From positions 864,001 through 928,000 of the forward strand of contig CAVZZO010000001.1 in assembly GCA_963779755.1 (NCBI GenBank): a stretch of DNA of 64,000 nt, written 5' to 3'. The notes below the pieces were generated by a model. It was not told where the DNA came from. It saw nothing but the letters and a program-made list of their open reading frames with translations, and ran no database searches. Each line of letters opens with the position of its first letter. Position 1 is the stretch's first letter. The stretch comes from an uncultured Gemmatimonadales bacterium. Lineage in GTDB: Bacteria > Gemmatimonadota > Gemmatimonadetes > Gemmatimonadales > GWC2-71-9. The position numbers and the translations under genes are program-made. Below, in pieces: positions 55,127-64,000 of this stretch.

Positions 55127-56776
55127 ATGCTTCGACCGGCTCTTTGCGGGCTGCTGCTCCTCGCTCCGGGCGTTCTTCTGGCCCAGGACACCACGACCTA
55201 CACCCACGCGGACTCGCTGCGCGGGTCCCTGACCAGCCCGGCGCGGACCTGGTGGGACGTGACCTTCTACGATCTCCAGGTGCGCATCAACCCGGCCGAC
55301 AGCAGCATCGCGGGCTCCAACGCCATCAGTTACCGGGTGCAGGGCCGCCCCCGGGAGATGCAGATCGACCTGCAGGAGCCGTTGGTGGTGGACAGCATGG
55401 TGCAGGACGGCAGGGCGGTACGCTACCGGCGCGACGGCAATGCCTTCTTGGCCGCCGTCACCTCACGCCAGCGGGTGGGAGAGGTGCGGACCATTACGGT
55501 GTACTACCACGGGCGCCCGCGGGTGGCGAAGCGGCCGCCCTGGGACGGTGGCTTCAGCTGGGGCCGGGACAGCCTGGGCACCCCCTGGATCGTCACTACC
55601 GACCAGGGGCTCGGCGCCAGCGTCTGGTGGCCCAACAAGGACGTGCAGGCCGACGAGCCGGACAGCCAGCGCATTGCGCTCACCCTGCCCGATCCGCTGG
55701 TGGATGTTTCCAACGGGCGCCTGCGCGCCGTCGAACCGCACCCCGACGGGACCACCACCTGGGAATGGTTCGTCACCAATCCGATCAACAACTACGCCAT
55801 CGCGGTGGCCGCGGGTGATTACACCCATTACAGCGGGATCTACCGGGGTGAACGGGGGCCGCTCACTCTCGACTTCTGGCCCCTCTCTTACCATCTCACC
55901 GCCGCCCGGCACCAGTGGGCCCAGGTTCCGGCCATGCTGCAGTGCTTCGAACACTGGTTCGGCCCCTACCCCTGGTACGAAGACGGCTACAAGCTGGTCG
56001 AGGTCTCCAACAACGGCATGGAGCATCAGAGCGCCGTGGCCTACGGCAACGGGTTCTCCAACGGGTACCGGGGCGCCGACTGGTCGCGCACCGGGCTGGG
56101 CATGCTCTGGGATTTCATCATCGTGCACGAGAGTGCCCACGAATGGTTCGGCAACAACATCACCGCGAAGGACAATGCCGACATGTGGGTGCACGAGGGG
56201 TTCGCCAACTACGCAGAAGGGCTCTACGTGGAATGCCGGTTCGGGAAGGAAGCGGGCGCGCGCTACATCCGGGGGAACCGCAACTGGATCAAGAATGACA
56301 CGCCTATCGTGCCCGCCTACGGCGTGAACGGCAGCGGCTCCGGCGACATGTACCCCAAGGGCGGGAACATGCTGCATACCATCCGGCAGATCGTAGGGAA
56401 CGACTCCACCTGGCGCGCCACCCTGCGGGGGCTGAACCACACCTTCTGGCATCAGACGGTGACCGGCCGGCAGGTGGAGGACTACCTGAGCAAACAGGCT
56501 GGAGTGGCTCTGAGCAGGGTGTTCCAGCAGTATCTCACGACCACCATGGTGCCGGTGCTGGAATACCGGATTGGCGGCGATTCGCTGGCCTACCGCTGGG
56601 CCGACGTCGTGCCGGGCTTCGACATGCCGCTGGATGTGACCACCAGCGGAGATTCCACCTACACCACCCGGCTCCATCCGACGGAGAACTGGCAGTCGCT
56701 GCGTGTGACCCTGACCGACCCGACGCGGTTCAGGGTGGATCCGGATTACTACGTGAAGGCCAAGGCGGTGAACTAG
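55127..56776 (+). CDS. Secreted M1 family zinc aminopeptidase
   Basis: Signal peptide; GMEHQS, HESAHEWFGN, WVHEGFANY, YPKGG. Confidence 0.92.
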   Translation: MLRPALCGLLLLAPGVLLAQDTTTYTHADSLRGSLTSPARTWWDVTFYDLQVRINPADSSIAGSNAISYRVQGRPREMQIDLQEPLVVDSMVQDGRAVRYRRDGNAFLAAVTSRQRVGEVRTITVYYHGRPRVAKRPPWDGGFSWGRDSLGTPWIVTTDQGLGASVWWPNKDVQADEPDSQRIALTLPDPLVDVSNGRLRAVEPHPDGTTTWEWFVTNPINNYAIAVAAGDYTHYSGIYRGERGPLTLDFWPLSYHLTAARHQWAQVPAMLQCFEHWFGPYPWYEDGYKLVEVSNNGMEHQSAVAYGNGFSNGYRGADWSRTGLGMLWDFIIVHESAHEWFGNNITAKDNADMWVHEGFANYAEGLYVECRFGKEAGARYIRGNRNWIKNDTPIVPAYGVNGSGSGDMYPKGGNMLHTIRQIVGNDSTWRATLRGLNHTFWHQTVTGRQVEDYLSKQAGVALSRVFQQYLTTTMVPVLEYRIGGDSLAYRWADVVPGFDMPLDVTTSGDSTYTTRLHPTENWQSLRVTLTDPTRFRVDPDYYVKAKAVN

Positions 56777-56846
56777 GAGACCGGCCTACCCCCGGACCCC
56801 GGCAGTCATCGTGACAGCATTCTCCGGCTCCGGCCGCGGGAAACGG

Positions 56847-57197
56847 TCAGGCCAGCACCCGCCAGATCAGAACCAGCCCCGCCAGCACCAGGGCCGCCAC
56901 CATCCACACGACCCATCCCCGCATCCCCCGCCCCAGCTGCTTTCCCAGGCCGCCAACCTCGGCCACCCCCGCCGCCGTCAGGGCGTAGCGCCGGCCCTCA
57001 CCCGGAAAGGGCTCGATCCAGCCGGCGCCGTGCCAGGCCGCCTGCACCACCCGGTCCTGCCGCGCGATCTCGGAGCCGAGAAAGAGATCGCCGAAGAGCG
57101 GCTCCAGGTTCACCGGCAATCCGGGAGCCAGGGGGCGCCCGCTCCGGCGGAGAGCCTCCGCCATGTAGTCCACCACATCACGCGGCGTCTCGAGCAT
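56847..57197 (-). CDS. Hypothetical protein with a C-terminal TM helix
   Basis: 3 nt downstream of 57201..57416 on the same strand. Confidence 0.55.
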   Translation of the reverse strand: MLETPRDVVDYMAEALRRSGRPLAPGLPVNLEPLFGDLFLGSEIARQDRVVQAAWHGAGWIEPFPGEGRRYALTAAGVAEVGGLGKQLGRGMRGWVVWMVAALVLAGLVLIWRVLA

Positions 57198-57200
57198 GAC

Positions 57201-57416
57201 CTATTCCACGATCTGAAACTGTTCCAGCTCGTCGAGCACGAACGTCAGCTCCTCGCCCGTCATCGGCAGCACCCCCACCACGGCGTCGCGCCGGTTGACC
57301 GATGTCATCCGCACCGGCGTCACCACATACTCCGTCCCCCGGCGATACAGCGCGATCCGCCGCCGCTGCCGTATGGCACGCTCCAGTTGATCTATCCGGG
57401 TGACGGTCCAGCGCAT
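57201..57416 (-). CDS. Small hypothetical protein (SH3/WYL-like beta pattern)
   Basis: LERAIRQRRRIAL...EYVVTP...FVLDEL; GC3-biased codons. Confidence 0.6.
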   Translation of the reverse strand: MRWTVTRIDQLERAIRQRRRIALYRRGTEYVVTPVRMTSVNRRDAVVGVLPMTGEELTFVLDELEQFQIVE

Positions 57417-57515
57417 ACGGGGAGTCAGGATTCAGGAGTCAGGAGTCAGGGGACCACCCTGAGTTCAACCTTCGACCTTCGACCTTGACCGACGACGGCG
57501 ATTCCCGACTCGCGA

Positions 57516-58571
57516 CTAGCGACTCACCACCACCGCACTCCCTGCCGTCACCGTCCCGATCACCGCCCGGGCCGGCGTGCGCTCCGCCTCCAGCCTCTCC
57601 AGCAGCTCGTCCAGCCGCTCCGGCGCAACCGCCAGCAGCAGGCCGCCCGAGGTCTGGGCGTCGGTGAGCAGGAGTCGCTCGGGTTCGGTGATCTCGGGGG
57701 ACCAGGTCACCTCCTCTGCCGCAGTGTAATTGCGGCGGGTGCCCCCCGGAACCGCGTCCCGGGCCGCCAGGTCCAGGGCCCCCGGCAACAGCGGCACGTC
57801 CCGCTGGTGTATCTCCGCGCCGGTGCCGCTGGCGCGGAGAATGTTGCCCAGGTGCCCCAGCAGCCCGAACCCGGTGATGTCCGTTGCGCAGCGCACGCCG
57901 CAGGCCAGGGCCGCCCGCATGGCGCCGTCGTTCAGCGCGCGCATACTTGCCACCGCTGCCGCCAGGCCCGCCTCGTCGATCAGGTCGCGCTTGAAGGCCG
58001 TGGCCAGAATGCCGGTTCCCAGCGGCTTGGTGAGCACCAGCCGGTCGCCCGGACGTGCGCCTGCGTTGGTCAGCAGCCGCGCCGGGTGCGCCTCCCCGAT
58101 CACGCAGAGGCCGAATTTGGGCTCGGGATCGTCCACCGAGTGGCCGCCCAGGACCAGGCAGCCGGCCTGCCGGCAGACGGCGCCCGCGCCCTGCAGCACC
58201 TCGCCCAGCAGGTCCAGCGGGAGGACGTCGCGCGGCCAGCCCACCAGGTTGAGGGCCAGCAGGGGAGTGCCGCCCATGGCGTAGATATCGCTCAGCGCGT
58301 TGGCCGCCGCGATGGCGCCCCACGCCGAGGGGTCGTCCACGATGGGCGTGAAGAAATCCACCGTCGCGATGAGCGCGCGGTCGTCGCTCAGCTGGAAGAC
58401 GGCCGCATCATCGTGCGTGGCGGCATCCACCAGCACTCTCGGATCCACCGAGCCGGGGACATGGCGCAGGACCTGCGCCAGCTCGGCGGCGCCGAGCTTG
58501 CACGCTCAGCCCGCGCCGTGCGAAAGCGAGCTGAGCCGGATGCGGGGACGGGCGTCGGAGGTCGAGTCCAT
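57516..58571 (-). CDS. selD: Selenide, water dikinase containing selenocysteine (TGA codon 22)
   Basis: MDSTSDARPRIRLSSLSHGAG-TGA-ACKLG continues in frame into DDAAV, TVDFFTP, ANALSDIYAMGG, GGHS, LTKPLGTG, TDITGFGLLGH, DAQTSGGLL. Confidence 0.95.
58462..58498 (-). promoter_or_regulatory. Candidate bacterial SECIS element
   Basis: 3' of the UGA: hairpin AGCUCGGC/GCCGAGCU, then UGGCGCAG-GUC-CUGCGCCA. Confidence 0.65.
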
Positions 58572-58602
58572 GTTCTCTGGGAGATCGAAGGAGTAGCTTC
58601 TT

Positions 58603-58687
58603 GTCCTGCCGTCCTGCCGTCCTGCCGTCCTGCCGTCCTGCCGTCCTGCCGTCCTGCCGTCCTGCCGTCCTGCCGTCCTGCCGTCCT
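58603..58687. repeat. Perfect 8-bp tandem repeat (GTCCTGCC)x10.6
   Basis: Counted directly; lies between the upstream gene stop and the selD start. Confidence 0.97.
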
Positions 58688-59309
58688 ATTCAGGAAACGC
58701 CACCGCCGATTCGATTGTGGTCGGTTTTTCCGCCGCCTCCGACTCCACCGTGAGGCGGAAGAGGAGCCGTTTACGGGCCGCATCCATGGACCGGATGGTG
58801 GTGCGGTAGGCCGCAGCCCCCCGAACGGTGAAGGGCGTCGGCGCCAGGCGGCGCGCCGTCCGCTGCCGCAGGTCGAGGGCCCAGAGTCCGCCGTCAGCGC
58901 CGCGGGACGAGGTGCCGACGAACAGCAGGCGCCGGTCGGGCGACCAGCAGAGGCTGGTGACGTTGCCGCCCCAGGTGGAGTCGCGCCACCAGCGGTTCGA
59001 GCGGCTCCAGGAGGCGGTTTCGGAGTCGGGACTGAGCGGCGCCACGTATCCCACCATCATGGGCGTGCCGTATCCCGTGGCGTTGGGCGTCACCACCACT
59101 CCGAAGGGCCCGCCGGGTTGCCGGAACAGCACTGGTGCCTTTGGCTGTACCAGGCAGTGCCGCTGCGCGGCCAGCGGTGCCGCGGCCAGAAAAAGAAGCG
59201 TCAGGCCAGTCCCGGCAGGCCGAAAAAGCCGGCTCCCGGCGACGACGCGAAGGGTGCCACGAATACCCGCCCCTGCAGGCACCGGTGATTTCCGGAGCGG
59301 GGAAGCCAT
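58686..59309 (-). CDS. Hypothetical secreted protein (start uncertain)
   Basis: Hydrophobic LTLLFLAAAPLAA signal; VTSLCWSPDRRLLFV propeller-blade-like motif. Confidence 0.55.
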   Translation of the reverse strand: MASPLRKSPVPAGAGIRGTLRVVAGSRLFRPAGTGLTLLFLAAAPLAAQRHCLVQPKAPVLFRQPGGPFGVVVTPNATGYGTPMMVGYVAPLSPDSETASWSRSNRWWRDSTWGGNVTSLCWSPDRRLLFVGTSSRGADGGLWALDLRQRTARRLAPTPFTVRGAAAYRTTIRSMDAARKRLLFRLTVESEAAEKPTTIESAVAFPE

Positions 59310-59395
59310 GTTCCGGCCGATGTGGTTCCGAGATTCCCTCGACGGCATTGATTCCTCGCGTCCTTCGCGTCGTTCGCGTCTTTGCGGTGAGTGCG

Positions 59396-59764
59396 TCATC
59401 CCAGCCTCCAGGCCAGCAGCCCGCCGGCTGCAATGATCCGTCCCGTCCCCAGCAGGATTCCCAGCACCGTGCGCCAGGTTCTGCGGGGCCGGAGCGCGCC
59501 GGCCCGGAAGCGCGCACTGACCTCGACCAGCGCACCCAGCAGAGCGAAGAGGAGCACCCACCCGCCGTGGCCCAGGCTGGCGAACCAGAGCGCTGCCAGC
59601 AGAGTAAACAGCAGCGCCTCGGTAAGGCAGGCGCCGACCGGCGCGGCCAGGAACGGTTGTTCCGCTTCGGTGCGGCCCCGGCCGATGCGCGCGCTGCCCG
59701 CGGCCCAGAGCAGGAACCAGCCCGCCACCAGCGCCCAGCCGATCCCCAGCCGGATGAGGGTCAC
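59396..59764 (-). CDS. Hypothetical 4-TM membrane protein
   Basis: GTGA overlap with the amidohydrolase-like gene; hydrophobic helices. Confidence 0.65.
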   Translation of the reverse strand: MTLIRLGIGWALVAGWFLLWAAGSARIGRGRTEAEQPFLAAPVGACLTEALLFTLLAALWFASLGHGGWVLLFALLGALVEVSARFRAGALRPRRTWRTVLGILLGTGRIIAAGGLLAWRLG

Positions 59765-61122
59765 GGCGACGGCCACGCGGCCCGGATGGAGTCGGCGTCG
59801 AACAGCCGGCCCCGAAGCACCACGGCGTCGACCGCGCGCGCGTTCCGGATGTCCTGCAGGGGGTCGGCGGTGAGGATCACCAGGTCTGCCGCCTTTCCGG
59901 GGGCGATCCGCCCCAGCGAGTCCGCGGCGAGGAGCGCGGCCCCATTGCGGGTGGCGGCCTCCAGCGCCTGTCCCGGCGTGAGCCCCGCCGCAACCAGGTG
60001 CTCCATCTCCTGGTGCACCGCCGCGCCCGGCACCATCATGAAGTCGCCCCCGGCTCCTCCGGCCGCGACCACCCCGCCGGCGCGCACGAAGGCGCGGACG
60101 AACAGGTCCTGGTTCGCTCGTCCGCGCCGGAATGTGTCGAGGTCGGCGGGAGACCAGCCGCGCCGCTGCATCCAGGCAGCCCCGTCCCACTGGCTGCGAA
60201 TCTCCGCCGGCACCGTCGCCAGATCGGCGGCCGGCACCGCGGAAGGATCGTCCAGCCGGCTCCAGACCTCATGACGGGCCAGTGCCGGTACCAGGATCAC
60301 TCGCCGCTGCGCCAGCCGCTGCGCCACGGCGGTCAGTGCGGCGGAGTCGAGCGCGGCCCAGCTCTGCTCCTGCGCGGTCCAGCCGTCCCAGTAGGATCGC
60401 CGGAAGCCGGTAAAGATGGGGGCGGCATCGGCGGCGGCGGACTGGGGAACCCCGCCCAGGTTTTCCTGTATCAGCAGGCCCAGCTCCGCGGCGCCGGTGG
60501 CATCGGTGAGCCCGAGGTTGGCCGAAACCCGCAGGTTGAGCCGCCGGGCTTCGTCCAGCAGCGGGCGCAACAGGCCGGAGCTCAGGCCGGCCCAGGCCTC
60601 GACGTAGTCGGCGGCCGAGAGCGCGGCCTGATCTACCGCTTTTCTGGCGTCGACATCGCCGGTGACGGCCGTCATCCCGGGCTGCGCCGCCGGGCTGCCG
60701 TCCACCGCGGGCCCCGAGGCGAACATCCGTGGGCCCGGGATGGCGCCGAGGTTCAGCTCGTCGCGCCGCGCCAGGGACGAGTCGCCGCCCGACTCCCGGA
60801 GGGAGGTCACGCCCGCCGCCAGTTGGCGCGAGCTGCTCCAGCGGTCCACGTGGGCCAGGGCGTTGATCAGGCCGGGAATGATCCAGTGGTGAGAAACGTC
60901 GATGGTCCGGGCCGAACGCGGGATCTTGAACCCGGCCCGCGGCGCGACCGTCTCGATGTGTCCCTGATAAATCACCACCACCGCATCCGGGATCGGCCTG
61001 GCGTCGTCCCCGATCACCGTCCCGCCCACCAGGGCAAGGCGGTCCTTTCTGGTGGGGAGGCATCCGGCCGCCAGCAGGGCGGCCAGGACCACGCTAGCGC
61101 GGATCGCTCGAGGAATGGTCAT
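59761..61122 (-). CDS. Amidohydrolase-fold lipoprotein with degenerate metal site
   Basis: LAAGC lipobox; IIPGLIN, AAGVTSLRE, GPRMFASGP, AGLTPGQALEAATRNGA, GRIAPGKAADLVIL..DPL.DI. Confidence 0.85.
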   Translation of the reverse strand: MTIPRAIRASVVLAALLAAGCLPTRKDRLALVGGTVIGDDARPIPDAVVVIYQGHIETVAPRAGFKIPRSARTIDVSHHWIIPGLINALAHVDRWSSSRQLAAGVTSLRESGGDSSLARRDELNLGAIPGPRMFASGPAVDGSPAAQPGMTAVTGDVDARKAVDQAALSAADYVEAWAGLSSGLLRPLLDEARRLNLRVSANLGLTDATGAAELGLLIQENLGGVPQSAAADAAPIFTGFRRSYWDGWTAQEQSWAALDSAALTAVAQRLAQRRVILVPALARHEVWSRLDDPSAVPAADLATVPAEIRSQWDGAAWMQRRGWSPADLDTFRRGRANQDLFVRAFVRAGGVVAAGGAGGDFMMVPGAAVHQEMEHLVAAGLTPGQALEAATRNGAALLAADSLGRIAPGKAADLVILTADPLQDIRNARAVDAVVLRGRLFDADSIRAAWPSP

Positions 61123-61570
61123 GGAGAATCTTCCAGCCTTGGGCCTGGTGCTGCATCAGCAGCGTGAAGGGGCCGCTGGCGGTCACGGAATCGCCGCGGA
61201 ACAGGATGAACCTGGCGGTGATGAGCGCCAGGTCGGCCGTGAGGGGACGGACGTGGAATTGCTCGAACCGCAGGCTGTCGCGCTGCGCGCCGGGCTCGAA
61301 GAGGGGCGCGTAGTTGGCCCGGATCCAGTCGTGGCCCCGCTGCAGGTGCCCGCGGGAGATGAACGTGGGCAGCGTGTCCGCCGCATAGTCGGAGACGAAG
61401 GCGTCGAGATCGCCCCGGTTCCAGGCGTCGGCCGAGCGCTGGAACTGAGCTTCGAACTGCCGCGTAAGGAGCGCCGCATCGGGCACCGGCCGGGCCGGCG
61501 GCGCGGCCGGCCGGCAGGCCGAGAGCACCACCGCCCCGGCAAAGATGATCCGCACCAGAGACTCTTTCAT
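61094..61570 (-). CDS. NTF2-like (DUF4440/SnoaL) lipoprotein
   Basis: LSAC lipobox; AWNRGDLDAF, GPFTL, GWKILHDHSS. Confidence 0.85.
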   Translation of the reverse strand: MKESLVRIIFAGAVVLSACRPAAPPARPVPDAALLTRQFEAQFQRSADAWNRGDLDAFVSDYAADTLPTFISRGHLQRGHDWIRANYAPLFEPGAQRDSLRFEQFHVRPLTADLALITARFILFRGDSVTASGPFTLLMQHQAQGWKILHDHSSSDPR

Positions 61571-61669
61571 CCGGTTACTCCGTCGGTCGATGAATCTGCG
61601 TGATCAGCGTCATCGGTGCCATCTGTGCGATCTGTGCCATCTGTGTCATCTGTGGATAGATTGCCTGCT

Positions 61670-63145
61670 ATGGATTCCTCGAATCGAAAATTACCCTTTG
61701 AGCGCCGCGGCGATGAAGCCTTTGTGCTGGTGAGCAACCGGGAGCCCTTCGAACACCAGCAGGGGCCCCGGGGTGAGATCGTCGTCAATCGCCCGGCGGG
61801 CGGGCTTACCTCTGCGCTGCAGCCGCTGATGGAGTCCACCGGCGGCACCTGGGTCGCCTGGGGGAGCGGCACCGCCGATTTCGATGTCGTGGATGAGCAC
61901 GATACCGTCCAGGTACCGCCCGAGGACCCCCGTTACCGCCTGCATCGCGTCCGGCTCTCCCCCGACGAGGTGCAATCCTATTACGTCGAAAGCGCCAACC
62001 GCGCGCTCTGGCCGCTCTGCCATCTCCAGTTCCAGTATTTCGCCTTCGATTACTCGCACTGGCAGGTCTATCGCCGGGTCAATCACCGCTTCGCGCATGC
62101 CACGCTCGAGTCCGTCGGCGGCCGGCCCGCGCTGATCTGGGTGCACGACTATCACCTCGCCTACGTGCCGGGCATCCTGCGCCTGCGCCGGGGGCACCCG
62201 CTCTTCGTGCACCAGTTCTGGCATATTCCCTGGCCGCCTGCCGACGTCCTGCGGGCGCTGCCGGTAGCCCACCGCCTGATGCGTGGCCTGCTGGGTAACG
62301 ATCTGCTGGTGTTCCAGACCGACCGCTATGTCGTCAATTTCCTCGCCTGTGTCGCCGAGTTCCTGCCCGACGCCGATGTGGATCTGGAGCACAATACGGT
62401 CCGCTATCACAATCACACCACCACGCTCGCCGCCCACGCCATTTCCATCGACGTCGAGGCCTTCGAACGGCTGGCCGATTCGGCCCCCGTGCGCCAGGCG
62501 GCGGAACGGATCCGCCGGGAGCACGTCCGCGGCGGGCAGATCGTGCTGGGGGTGGACCGGATCGATTACAGCAAGGGGATTCCCGAGCGGCTCGAGGCCT
62601 TTACCCGGCTGCTGGAGCAGCACCCCGAGCTGCACGAGAAGGTCTCGTTCATTCAGATTGCCGTCCCCTCGCGCCTCGCCATCCAGTCCTACCGGCAGCT
62701 GGAACGTTCGGTGGTGCAGATCGCGTCCAGCATCAACCGGCGCTACGGCACTCCCCGCTGGAAGCCGGTCACCCTGATTCGCGACAACCTGGACCGGGAA
62801 CAGCTGGCCGGTTACTACCGCGCGGCCCACATCGCCATGGTCTCCTCGCTGCAGGACGGTATGAACCTCGTCGCCAAGGAATTCATCGCCTGTCAGCACG
62901 ATGCCGACGGGATCCTCATGCTGAGCCGCTTCGCCGGCGCCGCCGAGGAAATGGACGGCGCCATGCTGATCAATCCCTACGATGTGCGAGCCGTGGCCCA
63001 CGCCCTGTATGACGCGCTCCGCATGAGCGACCGGGAGCGCCGCGTGCGCCTCGCCGCCATGCGCCGGCAGCTGCACGCCGCCACCATCTACGACTGGATG
63101 GACGACATCTTCGCCGACGTCGAGCGGCTGCGCTCCACCGGCTGA
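61670..63145 (+). CDS. otsA: Trehalose-6-phosphate synthase
   Basis: VSNREP, AGGLTSAL, LWPLCH, WVHDYHL, HIPWP, VDRIDYSKG, DGMNLVAKE, LSRFAGAA. Confidence 0.95.
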   Translation: MDSSNRKLPFERRGDEAFVLVSNREPFEHQQGPRGEIVVNRPAGGLTSALQPLMESTGGTWVAWGSGTADFDVVDEHDTVQVPPEDPRYRLHRVRLSPDEVQSYYVESANRALWPLCHLQFQYFAFDYSHWQVYRRVNHRFAHATLESVGGRPALIWVHDYHLAYVPGILRLRRGHPLFVHQFWHIPWPPADVLRALPVAHRLMRGLLGNDLLVFQTDRYVVNFLACVAEFLPDADVDLEHNTVRYHNHTTTLAAHAISIDVEAFERLADSAPVRQAAERIRREHVRGGQIVLGVDRIDYSKGIPERLEAFTRLLEQHPELHEKVSFIQIAVPSRLAIQSYRQLERSVVQIASSINRRYGTPRWKPVTLIRDNLDREQLAGYYRAAHIAMVSSLQDGMNLVAKEFIACQHDADGILMLSRFAGAAEEMDGAMLINPYDVRAVAHALYDALRMSDRERRVRLAAMRRQLHAATIYDWMDDIFADVERLRSTG

Positions 63146-63915
63146 TGCTGCCCCTCTCCGGCGCCGCCGGCCGGCGCGCCGCCCGGCGGCTGGCGGCCGC
63201 GCCCCACCCCGTGCTCTTCCTCGACGTCGACGGCACCCTGGCTCCCATCGTGCCGGTGCCGTCCCGGGCCCGGGTCCCCGCGTCCACCCGGCGCATCCTG
63301 AAGCGGCTGGTTCAGAGCGGCGCCCGCGTCGTGCTGGTCTCGGGCCGCGCCGCCCGCGATGCCCGCCGGGTGGCGGGCACCGGCAGCCATCCGGTTCTGG
63401 GCAACCACGGGGTTGAGCTGCTCGAAGCGGGCGCCCTGCGCCAGTGGACCGGTCTGAGCCGCCGGCGGATGCAACAGGTGGAGCGGAAGCTCCGACGCCT
63501 GGTCTCCCGCGCCTGGCCCGGGGTGCGCCTCGAGGGCAAAGGCTTTTCGGTGGCGCTGCACCACCGGCTCGGCGCCGGAAAGCTGCGCCGGCTCCTCGCC
63601 GAGACGCGCGCGACGGTCGGCCCCGGCATTCTGGCCCTCCCCGGTCGGCGGGTCATCGACGTGCGGGCCGAAGGCGCCGACAAGGGGCAGGCGGTGCTCC
63701 GCTGGCTCGATCGCCGGGCGCCCGGAACTCCGTGGCCCGAGGTACTCTACGCCGGCGACGATACGACCGACCAGGACGCCTTCCGGGCGCTCGGCCGGCA
63801 GGCGGTAACCATCGCCGTCGGGCGCCGCCCGCAGGGCGCCCGGTTCCACTCGGCCGGGCCCGCCGCCTTTGCCCGCTGGCTGGAACGGTTGGCGGCCGTC
63901 CGGGAAGAGGTCTAA
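63145..63915 (+). CDS. otsB: Trehalose-6-phosphate phosphatase
   Basis: FLDVDGTLAPI, VSGR, GNHG, DKGQAV, AGDDTTDQDAF; TGATG overlap. Confidence 0.93.
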   Translation: MLPLSGAAGRRAARRLAAAPHPVLFLDVDGTLAPIVPVPSRARVPASTRRILKRLVQSGARVVLVSGRAARDARRVAGTGSHPVLGNHGVELLEAGALRQWTGLSRRRMQQVERKLRRLVSRAWPGVRLEGKGFSVALHHRLGAGKLRRLLAETRATVGPGILALPGRRVIDVRAEGADKGQAVLRWLDRRAPGTPWPEVLYAGDDTTDQDAFRALGRQAVTIAVGRRPQGARFHSAGPAAFARWLERLAAVREEV

Positions 63916-63925
63916 TGCCTTGATA

Positions 63926-63998
63926 CTCTCGACCCCCTCCACCCTCTCGACCACCTGGGCAGGTCGAGGGAGTCGAGGGGGTCGAGAAGGTCGAGGGG
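63926..63998. repeat. Palindrome of degenerate 9-mers after otsB
   Basis: CTCTCGACC CCCTCCACC CTCTCGACC ... GGTCGAGGG/AGTCGAGGG/GGTCGAGAA/GGTCGAGGG. Confidence 0.8.
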
Positions 63999-64000
63999 CG

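Noticed and set aside
58506..58508. selD pseudogene by nonsense mutation
   Set aside because: The TGA falls exactly at the catalytic Cys/Sec position, is followed by a SECIS-like hairpin, and the rest of the gene is intact.

Overview
High-GC bacterial chromosomal DNA. Gene content and dense short intergenic tandem repeats suggest Gemmatimonadota, but this is inference only. Most genes are on the minus strand. Layout: (1) 1-12.2 kb, a tightly coupled nonulosonic-acid/surface-glycan operon (GT4, cytidylyltransferase, oxidoreductase, aminotransferase, dehydratase, NeuB, methyltransferase, flippase, edge-truncated sialyltransferase-like gene). It carries an unusual ThDP E1alpha/E1beta pair plus a lipoyl-PSBD-LbH acyltransferase fusion. 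(2) A desaturase and a methyltransferase, a ~300-nt periodic palindrome, and an operon of two Ddl-like ATP-grasp ligases, a GNAT and a lysine 2,3-aminomutase behind an attenuator-like leader. (3) thyA-folA, an FAD oxidoreductase, thiolase/stomatin/hbd, a LeuB-like dehydrogenase and an RNase HI with a rearranged active site. (4) A DUF4956 / SdiA-regulated beta-propeller lipoprotein / kinase-like-Omp85 fusion operon. (5) treY-glgX-glgE-treS/mak-glgB-treZ. (6) An ArnT-like GT-C, an M1 peptidase, a selenocysteine-containing SelD (in-frame TGA plus SECIS-like hairpin) behind a perfect 8-bp VNTR, a degenerate amidohydrolase lipoprotein, and otsAB. No rRNA, tRNA, CRISPR array or transposase was recognised. 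All family calls come from reading motifs by eye; no database search was run.
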